A stretch of DNA of 64,000 nt from Eledone cirrhosa (taxonomy: Eukaryota), in assembly GCA_964016885.1 (NCBI GenBank), contig OZ024741.1:97402001-97466000 (forward strand). The letters are read 5' to 3'. Shown here in pieces: positions 13,040-32,937 of the stretch (position 1 is the first letter of the stretch; each line of letters opens with the position of its first letter). Below the pieces are notes generated by a model. It worked only from the letters and a program-made list of their open reading frames with translations, had not been told where the DNA came from and searched no databases. The translations under genes were made by a program, and so were the position numbers.

Positions 13040-14660
13040 TGGGACATACAGGATCTCGATCATAGAATAATTAGTTCTATCTCATGTCTTTTATAGATAT
13101 AATAGAAGTGATATATTTACATATTTGAAAACATACTTTCATAAAATCTTTAAATCTACAGCAACCCTTTGTACGCGCACCATATTTCTCAGCAACCAAC
13201 GCAGGAAAATGATTTAGCCTGAGCCATTCCAATAATGACTTTTAAATCTTATATTTTATACATGTTAGTTGGAAATCGCTTCCAAACAGAGTGCATTTTC
13301 GTAAATGATCACCGTTAGAACGAATTGAATAATTATCTACAAGCAACTAATGCTACGTATTCAGCAGTTCTATGAACAAATGTTCCACGTAATAATGGGC
13401 CTCTTTATATTCGATAATGTGTCGCTTCATCAAAATATTTTGTTTTCACTTTTATTATATTTTTAAGAAAAAAATCAAAATTGCGTAGCTCATTCCGCTT
13501 GTTTGTATGCAATGGGCTATTGCATATGTGTTGTTAATTGAAATGAAATGGCTTCGTACCTCCGAGATTAGAGATTATAATGCTGAATCACCTATTGGCG
13601 CTAGTCGCTACAACCGCTTACTTAATAAAAAAAAAAAGGAATTACGTGGCATTTCTGAAGCAAGTGAAATTATCTGCAATTCTCAAAGAATAGTTGTATA
13701 TTTATCTAATAACATATTGTATCTTCTCCGGAATCACTCTTTCAGAAACCTAATCTACAATTTAATTATTTGTTGGAGTAAATAAAAGACCATGAATCTA
13801 ATCTAAGACTTGATTTATAGTATTAGCAACATCGGGCTTCCTAAACACAGACGGAATCTAATCTATATCATAAAAATATTTTGTATGTACTCTACTTCTT
13901 TGGAAAGAAAAAAAATGTCTTCCCTGTCAGATATAAATGTATATTTTATAATCAGGCGTCTTACTTTATTGCGGTTTTCATTAATTTACTGTCACTCTCA
14001 GAAGAACCCAATTGTGGCAAAACTTTATAGCCACATTGTGATAATTGCGTCAGCTTGTGATGACTGTGTGAGTCACTGAGATTTTTACGATTTTCACATA
14101 TTTCTTTAACATGCACACAGAGAATCTATCACAGAAACCACAAATGATTCTTACCGATGACTGAGAATATAATTTCTATGCGATTCAGCTGAAGTGGACA
14201 CATCACCTCTGAATGATAACCAAAGATTCAAGCCGTTTCTGCTATCTAATTATCTACGCCTATATTCCTACTCATAGATAGTGAGAGGAATTTTACCGCA
14301 TTGAATATTTTACAGCTATAATATGGCGGTTGGCATGATAAACAATGTGACACATTCCCTCAGTTAAATATTTTAAGTAAATTTTGCTTTACAACTCAGA
14401 ACTTATACATTTAATTACCAATATAGTATAAAACATTCCATAGAAATAGGATAGTAACCATTAATACTCCATGCTATTAAGGAATAGAAGAAATAAACTC
14501 AGTTATCTGCAATGGAATACACTACGCATCTAGAATATTATTGCCCTTAACCTAAATAACTTGAGCTAGTGCTAACGACTATACATATGTTTAACACAAC
14601 TAACTGTAAGAGTGATAAAGTATTATTGCAAGACGACTGAACATAATGTTGCGCTTTAAA
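13040..14660 (+). pseudogene. Decayed Toll-like receptor gene 1 (LRRCT/LRR/TIR remnants)
   Basis: In order: EMKWLR (LRRCT-like), VYLSNNILYLLRNHSFRNL (LRR), ACDDC..FYDFHIFL, *YG..DKQCDTF/LS* (14337-14367, like DKxYDAFLSY), ILHAIKE*KK..LS and MEYTTH (TIR); many stops. Confidence 0.65.
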
Positions 14661-15296
14661 TTCAACATATAATAATCAAGATTACATTACTCATACACAT
14701 AATCGCACACATGCAAACACACACACATACTTACGTACTCACACACCCACACACACGTACACATGCACACAAACACAAACACACACAAACACACACACAC
14801 ACACATATGTATATATGTATATAAGGAATACTCTCATAAATGCGTGCTTTTCCTCATACGAATTGTCAAACACGTGAACATTCCTTCACACATACACAAA
14901 AGCGCACACAAGCACACATAAAAAAAATCACACACAAACACATACACGGGCAGACGGTGAGAGAGTGGGGAAGATCGAATAACTTGCTATTTTTATGTCA
15001 GTGAAGTCTCACCAAAAAACGCTATCGTCGTCATCGATATCATCATCATTATTGTCATCTTCATTGTCATCCACCTCACCTTTCCTCATCATTCATCATC
15101 ATCCTCTCCGTCGTCATGAATGTTATTGTTGTTATTGTTGTTATTATGTATTTCACTTTTCAACAACGGCCGATATTCCGCTATCATAACATTTCAAATA
15201 CATAGTTAACTACATCACAATAAATCTATTAGCTATAATAGTATGCGTGTATATATGTGAACGTGCGTAAATGTGGTTGTAGCAGTGCATACCTAC

Positions 15297-15377
<81 letters not shown>

Positions 15378-15379
15378 TG

Positions 15380-15480
<101 letters not shown>

Positions 15481-15835
15481 CATATATATATATATATATA
15501 TAAATGCTTGTATGTACGTGTGTGTGTGTGTGTGTGTTTGGATGGATATATATGTACTGTAAACAAAAGATATGGATTTCCTCGTTCTGTCAGTGGAATG
15601 TGGACTATTTCGATATAGAGTGGTGTAATACGTTCTCTTTAATGTTGCAGAAGGGACATTATTCTGTTTTCTTTTAAATTCTACCTTGTATGCAATTTGC
15701 TGCAGTATTATATGTACACTGTTTAATCTCCGGAACAGATCTTTCAACATCTGTTTATATTAGTTCAGCATATTCTATTACGCAAGTAGCACTGGGTGAC
15801 GTTCCAACTACTAAAATTAATACTATATCATAGCT

Positions 15836-16278
<443 letters not shown>

Positions 16279-16316
16279 ATATTAATAAATTGAAAATATA
16301 TTTATAAAACCATAAT

Positions 16317-16384
16317 TATTTTATTATATATATATTCCAAGGGCAACCAAGGCAAATTATGATGCGCTTTCATCAGATAAAATA
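16317..16384 (-). ncRNA. Hammerhead ribozyme with one core substitution (GGAA for GAAA)
   Basis: Minus: TATTTTAT-CTGATGA-AAGCGCATCA...TGGTTGCCCTT-GGAA-TATATATA-TA|ATAAAATA; 8-bp stem I, stem II and palindromic stem III. Confidence 0.65.
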
Positions 16385-18029
16385 CAGATTTTTTTATAAA
16401 CAAATTTTGACATACACGGAAAAAAGACAACCTTAACGGTTGAAGTTCCCTGGATGGTGGAGATAATATTTTATTGAGGGTGATACAAACTTACTAGTGA
16501 GTATGCAAATGAGTGTCAGAAAAATTGAAAAACAACGGTTTATTTAAATTAAACTGTTGGAAGAAAGGAGATGTAAAAGGGAGAGGGAAAATATTGAGAG
16601 GGAGAGAGCAAAAATATTGAGAGGGAGAGAGAAAAAATATATTGAAAGGGAGGGAGAAAGAAGAATATATTCAATATTTACTCCACTAACAGTTGAGTGC
16701 TTTATATCGGTTATGCACATTTTTAAGCTTGTTGAATCCCAACAAATTAAAGATAACCTCTGCATATATATATATATGATATGATATGAATTAGGAAAAG
16801 AGAAGAATACAATAAAATACTATAATGGCTTATGGATTCGTAATCTGAGTAAATGAACCTAACGTTTCTGACCCTAGAACAACACCAGAAAATAGAAACA
16901 TGCGTATGTGCATGTTCCTTTTTGTATGTACTTGAGTATTTTTTGGTGCGTTTGCTTGCATTTTTGTTTCTCTGTCCAAAATGTTAGGTTATGTCGGACA
17001 GATATGCGTTGCAAAGTATATTTTTTTTACTTCAGCTCATTACACCTAACATATTTCAGTGATTTCTAGAAAGACTTAGGGAACGGAAAGATTCTACGGA
17101 CTGAACTTTTTGTCAACAGTAAACGTTTTCTGAATTAAACAATGTCTATTTGATGATAAATCGGTGACGGATTAGGTACGTTACAATATAAGTAAGACCT
17201 GACAGTTTTCCACAATTTCACTCATTCTCATATAAGTCACTTATATGGAGTGGGATATGCAGGTTATATATAAAAAAAGTAGTTTATAAGCAAACATTTT
17301 GATCCGATGGAAACCTCCAACCCATTTTTTGATTGGTGAGAGACGTCTTCTCTTGTGAAAATGGGTATACCTTTCATTATGTAAAATCTCCCAATTTTGC
17401 CTCATTTCTACCCGTTTTGGGGCACTATTTTCATGCTACTACCTGTTTGGGGTTTTAGAGGTTGGCGGTTCTGCAGTGTTATACATTCATATGTGATACA
17501 ATATATTGTGTCTACTTAATTTTCGTTGATGGAGGTAAATGCAACTTGTTCGACGTAGGTGGGCATTGAACGCGGAAAAGCAGATATTGCAAATAAGTCA
17601 AAATAATTACTTCTTTCCACCCACGCTGCTTCAAAGATTAAATGAATCCAATAAAAGAAAACCAAAAACAGTTATACGATAATTGTTCTCAGAATTTGGC
17701 CACACATGTAAACCTTCTCTCATTTTTTCTTTATAGAGATTGTATAATCCAATCCATATGTAGTGACAAGTAAAACCAAATCTGAGGGGAAATACAAGGC
17801 ATTGATTCAGTAGAGAAACATTATCTATGATGAGCATTTCCTGGAAAAAAATAATTAAAAAAATTGGAAAGAACAGATAAAGCTATTGTTTCTGATGGCA
17901 CTCATTAAAATAGTTTATGCATATTTACATTCATCCCGCACATTAATAATAATAGCTGACGATGATGATGATGATGATGATGATGATAATGATGATGATA
18001 GTGGTGTTGATGATGATAATATTAATAAT

Positions 18030-18215
18030 AATGGTTTCTGAAATGGGCACAAGTCAGCACTTTTGGGGTGACTGGTAGTTTCTTTTATCGACCCCGTAAG
18101 AATGAAAGGAAAATCTAATCTTGGCTGGATATGAACTCAGAACGTAAAGCAACATAGCTATATGCCATAAGGCATGTGGTCTGGCATTCTACTGATATTG
18201 CCGATCGTCCGCCCT
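18030..18215 (-). mobile_element. SINE copy
   Basis: TTTTATCGACCCCGTAAGAATGAAAGG...GAACTCAGAACGTAAAG is the reverse complement of the SINE core. Confidence 0.75.
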
Positions 18216-18219
18216 AATA

Positions 18220-19385
18220 ATAGGGCTTACATATACGGGACAGTACAATAGACAGGGACAGTGGGGCTTTTATAAAAACTACAATTAAATCAATTGATAA
18301 AAACTAACAATTAGCTAAAGAAATACAATACAAATTCCACAATAGATGGAGGACAAAACAGCATCGACTCAGGAGCCTCACCAACCTTGAACCACATGGT
18401 GTTCCAATCGCACTCGAGGAGAGCGCCTCTCTCCTCGACATATAATCTAGCCTATAGGCGCATTGTGTGTGTAGTCCCATTCAAAAAGAACATCCTCGCA
18501 GCATTAACCCACCTTTTACTAAATGCACAGAGGGAAGCACTTCCATATCCAGCCTCACCTTGCTTTTCAAGTGAAACATAAAAAAGGTGATAAGAGACTG
18601 GTCGAAAAGAAACGTGTCTCTCTTCCTTACTTTTAGCCTCATCCACCACAAAACCTTATTCGCTACAACCACCAGACATAGGTAAGCTACCCGCCCTTCC
18701 AGGTCAAAAGAAGGCGGTGGGGTGATATTCACGAATGACTCGGCCGATAGCGGAATCCATCCTTCAAGTAATAAAACCTGTTTCATATAATTCCACAAGT
18801 CAGTAATTCACCGAATCTGGACGAGTGAGTTCAGAACTGTTTCGTGCTTCAGCGAGCATCTCGAAGAGTTTTGCCTGATCACACTTACATACCTGACGAG
18901 ATTAGTTCGGACCGGCAGTGCCCTCCAGCAGCACTGCCAAACAGAAGATTTCTAGAAATTATCCATAGTCCTCGGCTCGAAAGACCTCCGGAACAGTCTG
19001 GTCGGTGTGTTTCGTTGACGTCTAGAGCCTCTTCGAGAGTGTCGTCGCAGTTGCCCACCACTAATCCTCCAGAGAACTCTGGGGTGTGATTTCGTAGAGC
19101 AGACCATCCAAACCGGGTGACTTGCACCTCGTGCACAAAACCACAGCATCACGAATCTCGGCTGATTTTATCAGCTTTCGCAGGACACAACATCGGCAGG
19201 CGAGTATCGTGGAAGCTTGTCGAGGTAGGACCAACCAAAATCTGCTGCGGTATACGACCTCGGGTCCATCGAACTGCTTTCGTTCACTCGTTTCTTAGAG
19301 CACGTGCCTTACCTGTGACGTTGCAGCCTTCGTGTTTCACATTGAAGAAATGGTCTAAAGCCATCCTCGCGGCTAACAGGTAATC
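18220..19385 (-). mobile_element. Tx1/L1-like LINE 3' fragment (C-terminal zinc-finger region and 3' UTR)
   Basis: WNYMKQVL...VNITPPPSFD..CLVVVA..LWWMR is homologous to ORFs at 42264-42503; shared 3' UTR motif AGACAGGGACAGTGG. Confidence 0.75.
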
Positions 19386-19529
19386 TATTTTATCTACCTG
19401 ATCCCACGCCTTTCTATTTTTGTTTCACTACATTTGTATTAAATCCTATTGAAACTATTCTAATCTCTGTCTTTAGAGACCCGCCCACCACCACGACCAG
19501 CACCACTAACTGTTGTTGACCTTTGTAGA

Positions 19530-20010
19530 GATGATGATGTTTACTCCTAGGTTGTTAAAGGTGGTTATTAGATATTTTCCCTAGACAATTCGAGATCATG
19601 TCCACATTTATGGCTCGATTGTGCCAGACCATCATCACGTTATTGGCCCGTATGTAAATCAGAAATTTTTTTACGATGGTTGTTAAGGTAAAAATGCTTA
19701 CCAAACTGTATACCTCGTCACTGCCACATGAACACATTGAGACATCGAATCGAATAGGACATTGTTAATAGATTTTTTTTATCCAGGAGATTATTGATTA
19801 AGAAATAGGACGTTTTTTCTATAGTGTGATATAAATAAACTATCGTATATATTTGTGAAATTGCGAGCGAAAATGCATGGCTCCCTGTGAAACACAAGTT
19901 GCCTATTTTTGTTTTATTAAATAGCTAACTCCCTCTTCTATTTCAATATATAGGGTATGTCATCTAATTTTAGGATAATTTGTGGATTACCTGCCCTTAG
20001 TCCTCACCCA
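19530..20010 (-). mobile_element. Penelope-like element reverse transcriptase fragment (Neptune-like)
   Basis: Minus: WIKK...FDVSMCSCGSDEVYSLVSIFTL...GQ*RDDGLA, matching FDVTMGSxDGAEVCELVG...GLYRDDGL. Confidence 0.8.
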
Positions 20011-20018
20011 TATTTTCT

Positions 20019-20119
<101 letters not shown>

Positions 20120-20646
20120 CAAACATCACGGACACTCTATCACAAAAAAGAAAAATATTATAAATAACCTCCTGTCCTAAAGAGGTGAGTGGTATAGTGG
20201 TAAAGTTGTTGGACTAATGTCGTGGGTTTGATTCCTTACTCCACACATCTCACCACACAAAAATAACCGTACTAACCAATATATACCCATGGCCAAACAA
20301 GACATTAACTAAATACCAGGGCTAACTAAAACAGTACCCCACTCCCAGAACTAAATAAGACACACCGCAGTAAAATAACTGTACTGACCTGGTCAAGACA
20401 CCCCCACCAAATATATAAAGCTGTTGACCATATCTACTGTCGACCTTCACGCACCGAAAACATATATACCATAGTTAGCTTATATATATGCTCATGTTTA
20501 TTTGTCACTATCAATATATATGTCTTCTAACAAACAGCATTGTATAGCACCTCTTTTAATACCCGATCTTATTATTACATAACAACCACCAAATGTTTGT
20601 ATATGAGTAGTATGTAAGTACGAATGTAATTATATTTGTATGTATT

Positions 20647-20678
<32 letters not shown>

Positions 20679-20698
20679 TTATATATATATATATATAC

Positions 20699-20752
<54 letters not shown>

Positions 20753-20779
20753 GCATAGATGCATCTAATTGTGTTTGCT

Positions 20780-22290
<1,511 letters not shown>

Positions 22291-22778
22291 CACGCAAGCA
22301 CACATACACAGACAGACATACACACGCGCACAAAGCGCGCGCACACACACATACACATACACACTCACACACACACACACACACACACACACAGATATAT
22401 ATATATTAAATTATGGTAGCAATTATAACGTGATTCTCTCGAGTGTACTAGAAATAAATGGATCATGGGCGATTTAGAATTATATTACTAAATACTAAAT
22501 CTAATGAACGTGTAGGCTAAGAATTCCACATGTTATATTTACTTCACATTGGTCTAATTACATATATTATATGCATTTATTCAGGTTTTGTGTTACCATG
22601 TAGAATCATATGGTAATGTGTGAAAACAATGGAAATCACGCCTTCGTTGTGAAAGAAATGCAAAGTTAATGTAATGACAGAAGAATGAAAATAAATATAT
22701 ATTCAAATCATATATATATATAATTGGTGTTGGATGCTTAAATATTATTCGTCGCAACAATGATTATCCGTTTCTTAT

Positions 22779-22815
<37 letters not shown>

Positions 22816-22819
<4 letters not shown>

Positions 22820-22919
22820 TAAAATAACAGATTAATTTGCTCTACGGTTCTTATATATTTGATATATATTTATCCTTATCGAGCCCTCATTGGATTTTAG
22901 TCTTCAAATTTATTTATAT

Positions 22920-22925
<6 letters not shown>
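22816..22925. mobile_element. Family A fragment with internal inversion junction, between (TA)n tracts
   Basis: TTATTAAAATAACAGATTA is joined to the opposite-strand ATTTGCTCTA..TTATCGAGCCC (compare 2460-2570). Confidence 0.65.
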
Positions 22926-22994
<69 letters not shown>

Positions 22995-22995
<1 letters not shown>

Positions 22996-23276
22996 CAGAT
23001 TAAATAAAGATCACGTAGATATACAATACAACAGGAGGAACATAGTAGCACCACTGACGATGTTGCAAATGTGCAACGAAAGAACTTTGTTGAACTATAT
23101 ATATGTGTCTATATTATATCTGTATTTTTGACCGTTGGTCAGTCAATGGTAAACATTGAAGACCGAATGAATTAACTGATATAAAAGATACAGAAGCGAA
23201 AACCAACCAAACAGTGAGTGTGTTCTGTTATTAATTCTGGGAATATTATTACAACAATATGACCCTCCCCAAGTAT

Positions 23277-23281
<5 letters not shown>
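22995..23281 (+). mobile_element. Family D element with hammerhead at 23049-23092, between (TA)n tracts
   Basis: CACCA-CTGACGA-T-GTTGCA AATG TGCAAC-GAAA-GAAC-TT|TGTTG; 3' part shared with 15906-16110 and 38068-38215. Confidence 0.8.
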
Positions 23282-23342
<61 letters not shown>

Positions 23343-23345
<3 letters not shown>

Positions 23346-23745
23346 TATTAAATTGTTAAACAATATTCGGTGATTATGTCAAAGAATGATTTTTACAGTA
23401 GATTGGAACCACTTAACGGAAAATAATTTTCAGGAGTTATTAATATAGGTGTTAATAAAATAGATGTTCTTTTGGTCAGTAACATTTTATTATACATATT
23501 TCGGATGTGCAACAGTACGTCCTCATCAGACAAAATATAATGATACATGACATACCCTGAGATGTTAAATGGTTAAGATTTAATCAAGGTAGCCACTACC
23601 TTGATTAAATCTTAACCATTTAACATCTCAGGGCATGTCATGTATCATTATATTTTGTCTGATGAGGACGTACTGTTGTACATCCGAAATATGTATAATA
23701 AAATGTAATTGATCAAAAGAACATCTATTTTATTAATACTTATAA
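23343..23745. mobile_element. Family E fold-back palindrome (arms ~23443-23592 / 23596-23745, 3-nt loop CCA) with a hammerhead in each arm
   Basis: Plus-strand ribozyme 23652-23704: ATTTTGT-CTGATGA-GGACGTAC TGTT GTACATCC-GAAA-TATGTA-TA|ATAAAAT; mirror copy 23484-23536. Confidence 0.9.
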
Positions 23746-23782
23746 TATTTATATATATAAACATATACATATATATATATAT

Positions 23783-27673
<3,891 letters not shown>

Positions 27674-27803
27674 TAACTATCTTATATATATATATAACTA
27701 CAAACATTAATTATCAAGAATCGCATTTCGGCCCACGAAATAACGAAAAACAACCTCCATATATATATATGTATATATTTATATACATATATACATGTGT
27801 GTT

Positions 27804-27852
<49 letters not shown>

Positions 27853-27854
<2 letters not shown>

Positions 27855-28158
27855 TAAATAAGAGAGACGGTTTTATTCGCACATCATTTTATTATAAAAT
27901 TGCATTATACCTATTTCAAAGTTGCAAGGGTGGTTATGTATTTTCCTATCCATTGATATGTTACTGGTTTTACGTGGTTTTTACATCGTTGTCGAGTGCC
28001 AATATAGGTACCAATCGATGGGAAAGTACATCTCATTCCTTCTGATGAACACATGCTAGGGGGTTATTATATTAGCACCCTTGCATCTTTGAAATACTTA
28101 TAATGTTATTATGTAATTAAATGAAGATGTACGAATAAAACCGATTCTCTTATTTATT
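27853..28158. mobile_element. Diverged fold-back (arms 27853-27932 / ~28076-28158) with hammerhead-like core 28042-28102 on plus
   Basis: CTGATGA-ACACATGCTAGGG...CCCTTGCATCTTT-GAAA-TACTTATA; AATAAATAAGAGAGACGGTTTTATTCG mirrors CGAATAAAACCGATTCTCTTATTTATT. Confidence 0.7.
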
Positions 28159-28262
28159 ATACTAAAACTCCGGTTGATACCATACACAGAAAAGGAATAC
28201 ACATTCTAGAGTGTTTTACGTCTGTTTACGAATAAGTTGCTCAATCAACTTTCATCAAGTAA

Positions 28263-28335
<73 letters not shown>

Positions 28336-29689
28336 TGCGTGTGTGTGTTTGTATTTATATTTATATTAATAGTAATATTTATCACAGTAAATTTTAGTCA
28401 TTTACTAGGTGTATTGTAGCTCAATGCTATGATAGGATCAAGCAGAGCCAGTATATACTTACAATGTACTTATACACCAAAATAAAACGTTCAAGACATT
28501 TAATCACTGACAATTGTTTCTTCCCATGAAAATATACAACCAACAGCAATTTATTTTAATTAACAATTTGCTATTAGTTATCATAAACTATAGGAATCAT
28601 TAGAGTGTAATTAAAATTCGAAATGATTTATACATTATCAATTCAAATCATTTAACAGATAAGATATATATCTTATATAATTAAGTAGTAGGTGAAAATA
28701 ACAGGGTTTCAATTGTATTAAAATAATTAAATGTTATTTGGAAGAATAGTAACATTTCAATAATGAATCAAAGTTATATAGTTTTATCAAAGCAATATTC
28801 ATAGTTTGTAAAAGAGAATCCATCATATAGTCGAAAGCTATTTACTGCCGACTTAACATTGTATCTGAAAACAATAAATTATACGGTGTGAATATATATA
28901 TATATTAATGTTTAATTTGTTACAGAAATGTTAAATAGACGATAGTAATTATCTAATAATCAATAATATTTGTAATAGGAATATAATTATATAAATAAAT
29001 ATTGTGCCATTTACGTATTTCAGAATGCTAGTGAAAAAGAAGTAATTTATGGGATTATACCGTTGTTAGAGTTATAAAGTAAACTTTTAATTTTGCGTTA
29101 TCTAAGTATTATTGCTAAGTACATATATTTGAATTAATACATGTTAATCATTTACACTTACATGAAGAATATTTATCTTATATGTGGCAACAAGGAATAT
29201 GTGTGAGATATATAAGAAAATTGATACATTATAATGAAATAATCGTTTCTACTTTTGATCAGATAAGATAATGTATTGTATTAAATCATTTTATTAATTT
29301 TTTTTTATTAATGTATCTGTATCATATACTATATATAAATATGGGAGACTACCGATAGGTCATAACATTATTATGAATTTAACAAAAGATTAAGTACTAG
29401 TTGAAATGTACAGACAATTAAATTCATGTGTTTAACTTCTATGCCGTCTAATACATTTTTATCCTATAAATTTACGGCACAGAATAAAATGGAACATCCC
29501 AGTAATTATATTTAAGTATTGCTTAATCTTAAGGTAAACAAATTAGAGGTGGTATAAGATTTTATTAATTAAACAAATATATCACATAATCTATATAAAT
29601 ATTAAAGATTATATATAAATATATAAATATTAAAGATTAATGGTAGATTATTATATTTTTATGGATTCAGTATAAAATAAAGTTGGGTT

Positions 29690-30150
29690 AGTTAAACGAT
29701 TGTAGGGGTTTATGCGGGTAAATGGTAATCATTTCTGATTTTGTATTTAAAAGGTTAGCTTTGGATTATATTGATGAGCTGAAATACCATGAGGCATAAT
29801 CTACATATTCTACTGTTAGATTTATAAGACGAGGACCTACCTAATGTTTCCCAATTCAATGTATATGTTATATTCTCAGTTTCTAAATACCAGATAAAAC
29901 TATCTAATGATGTCATGATTTAAGTTAGGATTTTTAAAAGACCGAAGACGGGATTTAAAACCTTTTAAAAATTTAATTGAGGTAGCTCCTAAGTAACGTG
30001 TAGACTGAAGAGATGTGTTAACTGTGTAGCCATATACTATATTATTAGGAAATAAGCAATTACGGCTAAGTGGGGACATTGTTTTATTTCTACAGTTAAC
30101 ATTTGGATTAATTTTAGAGTTAGTATAAGGGATTATATATATTAGGTTAA
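29690..30150 (-). mobile_element. Penelope-like element GIY-YIG endonuclease fragment
   Basis: NCRNK.MSPLSRNCL..NIVY..TV....YLGATS..F...SFKNP followed by IWYL...NWETLG...Y...ICRLCL. Confidence 0.85.
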
Positions 30151-30599
30151 TATCATTAATTGGAATATCATGGTTGCTGTGGGTGTTAATATAATATATA
30201 AAGCTGGAAGTAATTTGTATGTTATTAAGGGTTATTGATATTATTATTTCAAAGGTTACTTTGTTGTTTTGGTTAGATGTATTAAATCCTTCTAAGAGTG
30301 CATAGAAGCATGGCAGAGAAGTTTGGGAAAGTGCATTAGATAAGGGGGAGATTAATCCGAAGGGGAAAGCGTATTTTTTTTCGTTTGGATTTGAAATATT
30401 TTCCGCAACCCCAGTCATGTTTCTTTTTTGACACATCTCGTGTATTGTACACAACTTTCACATAAACTGATAAGTAAGATCATGCAGTCGTGTTTGACGT
30501 TACATATATATACTCATGCGAGTAGACACTATTAATAATTTAAACATTATATCCCTTCATATAGACTCCGATTTAAACATACATATATGCGCATGCATG

Positions 30600-31700
30600 T
30601 GTGTCTTTGTGTTCACTTCTACTGATTGATACGCTTCTGATTATATAGCTGTTCTTCATCATAACTCATCTATCCCGCATTGTTTTGCTGACAACTGTTC
30701 ATTCTTCACAAGAGATTTACGGGCTTCAAATGAAAATATTTAAATTCAGTTAAACGCAATTATTTAAAGTAATAAATATTTAATGATATTCCAGCAGCGA
30801 AACAGAACAAACAGAATAACAATTAATAAAATGTAGTTTGCTTAAAGCAAAGTATATAACATATAATGGGAAAAGTGATATAAGAGTAACCAATGCAAAA
30901 TGGACGGTAGGTTGTAGGTAACGCAAAAGTTAGTGTAATCTATATTTTGCTGCTGTTGTTTTTCCGTCCTAATATTTCGAAACTTAAAATTCCCTTCTTC
31001 AGAGTTAATGAACCCTTATATAAAATGTTCCGGTTTCTTCTCTTAGGAATTAAATTTAGATTAGACAAACAAATATGTAAGTGCCTCACTAAAATTAAAA
31101 CAATTCGTACGTACGGATAAATTAGTGACCTCTAAACGATTGATTTTTGGAGATATATGCTACAGTGTTCCTGACGAAGTAAACAGAAAATCGATAAGTT
31201 TAGTCGCATCTTATGTTTCTGCGTTTGCCATGATCTATCCCTTAGTTTCCTGAATGTCTCTAAATCCTCAGCATTCCAAGTTGTTTATGTATAAGTTTTG
31301 GATGATTGATTAGATTATATTGAACAGTAGTAAATTATACACTTTCGCAAGAAAATTTGTGGTAAGTCGACATCAATTCAATTTTTGCACTTGTTTCTCT
31401 TTATCCGGTTTCCCATAACTGAATTATTTGTGTGGAGGTGTTTATAGAATTATGGTGTTATCAGTTAAGGATATCTTATCTAATTTAGTGTTATTGCTAT
31501 GGTGTGCATTTGGAAGTGCACAGACGAGAAATGTTTGTGCTTGTGTTACAAATGTAAAGCAATTGAGCATTGAGATTTTATAGAAATTTGTATATTAGAT
31601 ATGTCATAGTAATATATAAGGCAAATTACTTCTATCAAAATATATACCAAACAATTAACACATTTGCAGCACATAGGTAATCAATTATAAAATTCAACCT
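30600..31700 (-). pseudogene. LRR remnants, probably the ectodomain of TLR-like pseudogene 2
   Basis: Minus: QLLYICNTSTNISRL, KLDKISLTDNTI, RLEVTNLS (LxxLxLxxN-like repeats) with stops. Confidence 0.45.
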
Positions 31701-32046
31701 TTGAATATTATTTTTAATCAAGTCTGGATGAATTTCAAAATATCACACGTTCCTACCACGAGAGAGCAGGTGAATAATACATCATTAAAGTTATCAATTA
31801 TTAATTTGATGATGCGGATGTAACGTCACGAAAAGTTATGATTCATATGGGTTTTAGAAATCTCTTATTTAGAAACAAATGCAAAAATCAAATTTGGCGC
31901 CAGTCAAGTTTTCAATGAGCTGGCGATGTGTAAAATAAAAGGAGGGATATGAAAATCGAAATTACGTATTAAATGGAGTTAATTGGGATATGGAGTTAAT
32001 TGGTAATAAAAAAGTGTGTTTCGTAATATTTATGTATGAAAACAAC

Positions 32047-32937
32047 GGTGGATTGACAATATCAGTATCGTGTCGGACACCATGATTTGCAGTACTGAGT
32101 TATGACCCTTTATGCTCTGAGTTCAAATCGCGCCAATTTTAGCTTTGCCTTACGAGTCGATATGGTGAATTGGCAGTATCGGTAGAGGGTTGGACACCAT
32201 GCTTTCTAGCATAGTTACGTCCCTTTACAGTCTGAGTTCAAATCCCGCTGAGGTTAACTTTGCATTTCATCCTTACGGGGTCGATAACATAAAGTACCAG
32301 TAATGTAATGGGTAATTGCGGGCCTTGTGCCTAAAGTAGATACAATTATTTTATTAAACGGGCAGTATCGGTAGAGGGTCGGACACCATGCTTTCCAGCA
32401 TAGTTACATCCCTTTACGGTCTGAGTTCAAATCCTGTCGAGGTTAACGTTGTCTTTCATCCTTACGAGGTCTATAAAATAAAGTACCAGTAATGTAATGG
32501 TTAATTGCTGGCCTTGTGACAAAAGTAGAAACACTTATTTTATTAAAAAGACGGTGGATTGGCAGTATTGGTAGAGTCGGACGCCATGCTTTGTAGTATA
32601 GAGTTAGGCTCCTTTATGATCTGAGTCCAAATCCCGCCGAGGTTATCGTTGCCTTTCATTCTAACGGGGTCGATAAAATAAAGTACCAGTAATGCACTTG
32701 GTAATTGCAGGCCTTGTGCCAAAAGTAGAAACAATTATTTTATTAAACAGTATCGGTAGAGGGTCGGACGCCATGCTTTGCAGCAAAGAGTTACGGCCCT
32801 TTATGATCTGAGTTCAAATCCCACCGAGGTTAACTTTGCCTTTCATTCTAACGGGGTCGATAAAAGAAAGTACCAATAATACACTGGGATAATTGCTGGC
32901 CTTGTGCCAAACGTAGAAACAATTATTTTATTAAACA
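32047..32937 (+). mobile_element. Head-to-tail array of five SINE copies
   Basis: CAGTATCGGTAGAG..GAGTTCAAATCC..GTAGAAACAATTATTTTATTAAAC repeated about every 185-195 bp; first copy truncated. Confidence 0.9.

Noticed and set aside
16800-17845. Minus-strand acceptor followed by coding-like sequence (glycosyltransferase- or LRR-like?)
   Set aside because: Many stops and no motif convincing enough to name.
20183-20236. tRNA-like A/B boxes
   Set aside because: No cloverleaf; likely a decayed SINE head rather than a tRNA gene.
30970-31200. Hammerhead-like cores at 30975-31002 (minus) and ~31171 (plus); similar at ~7416 and ~53067
   Set aside because: Stems I and II pair poorly or GAAA is missing; they could be chance matches or very old relics.
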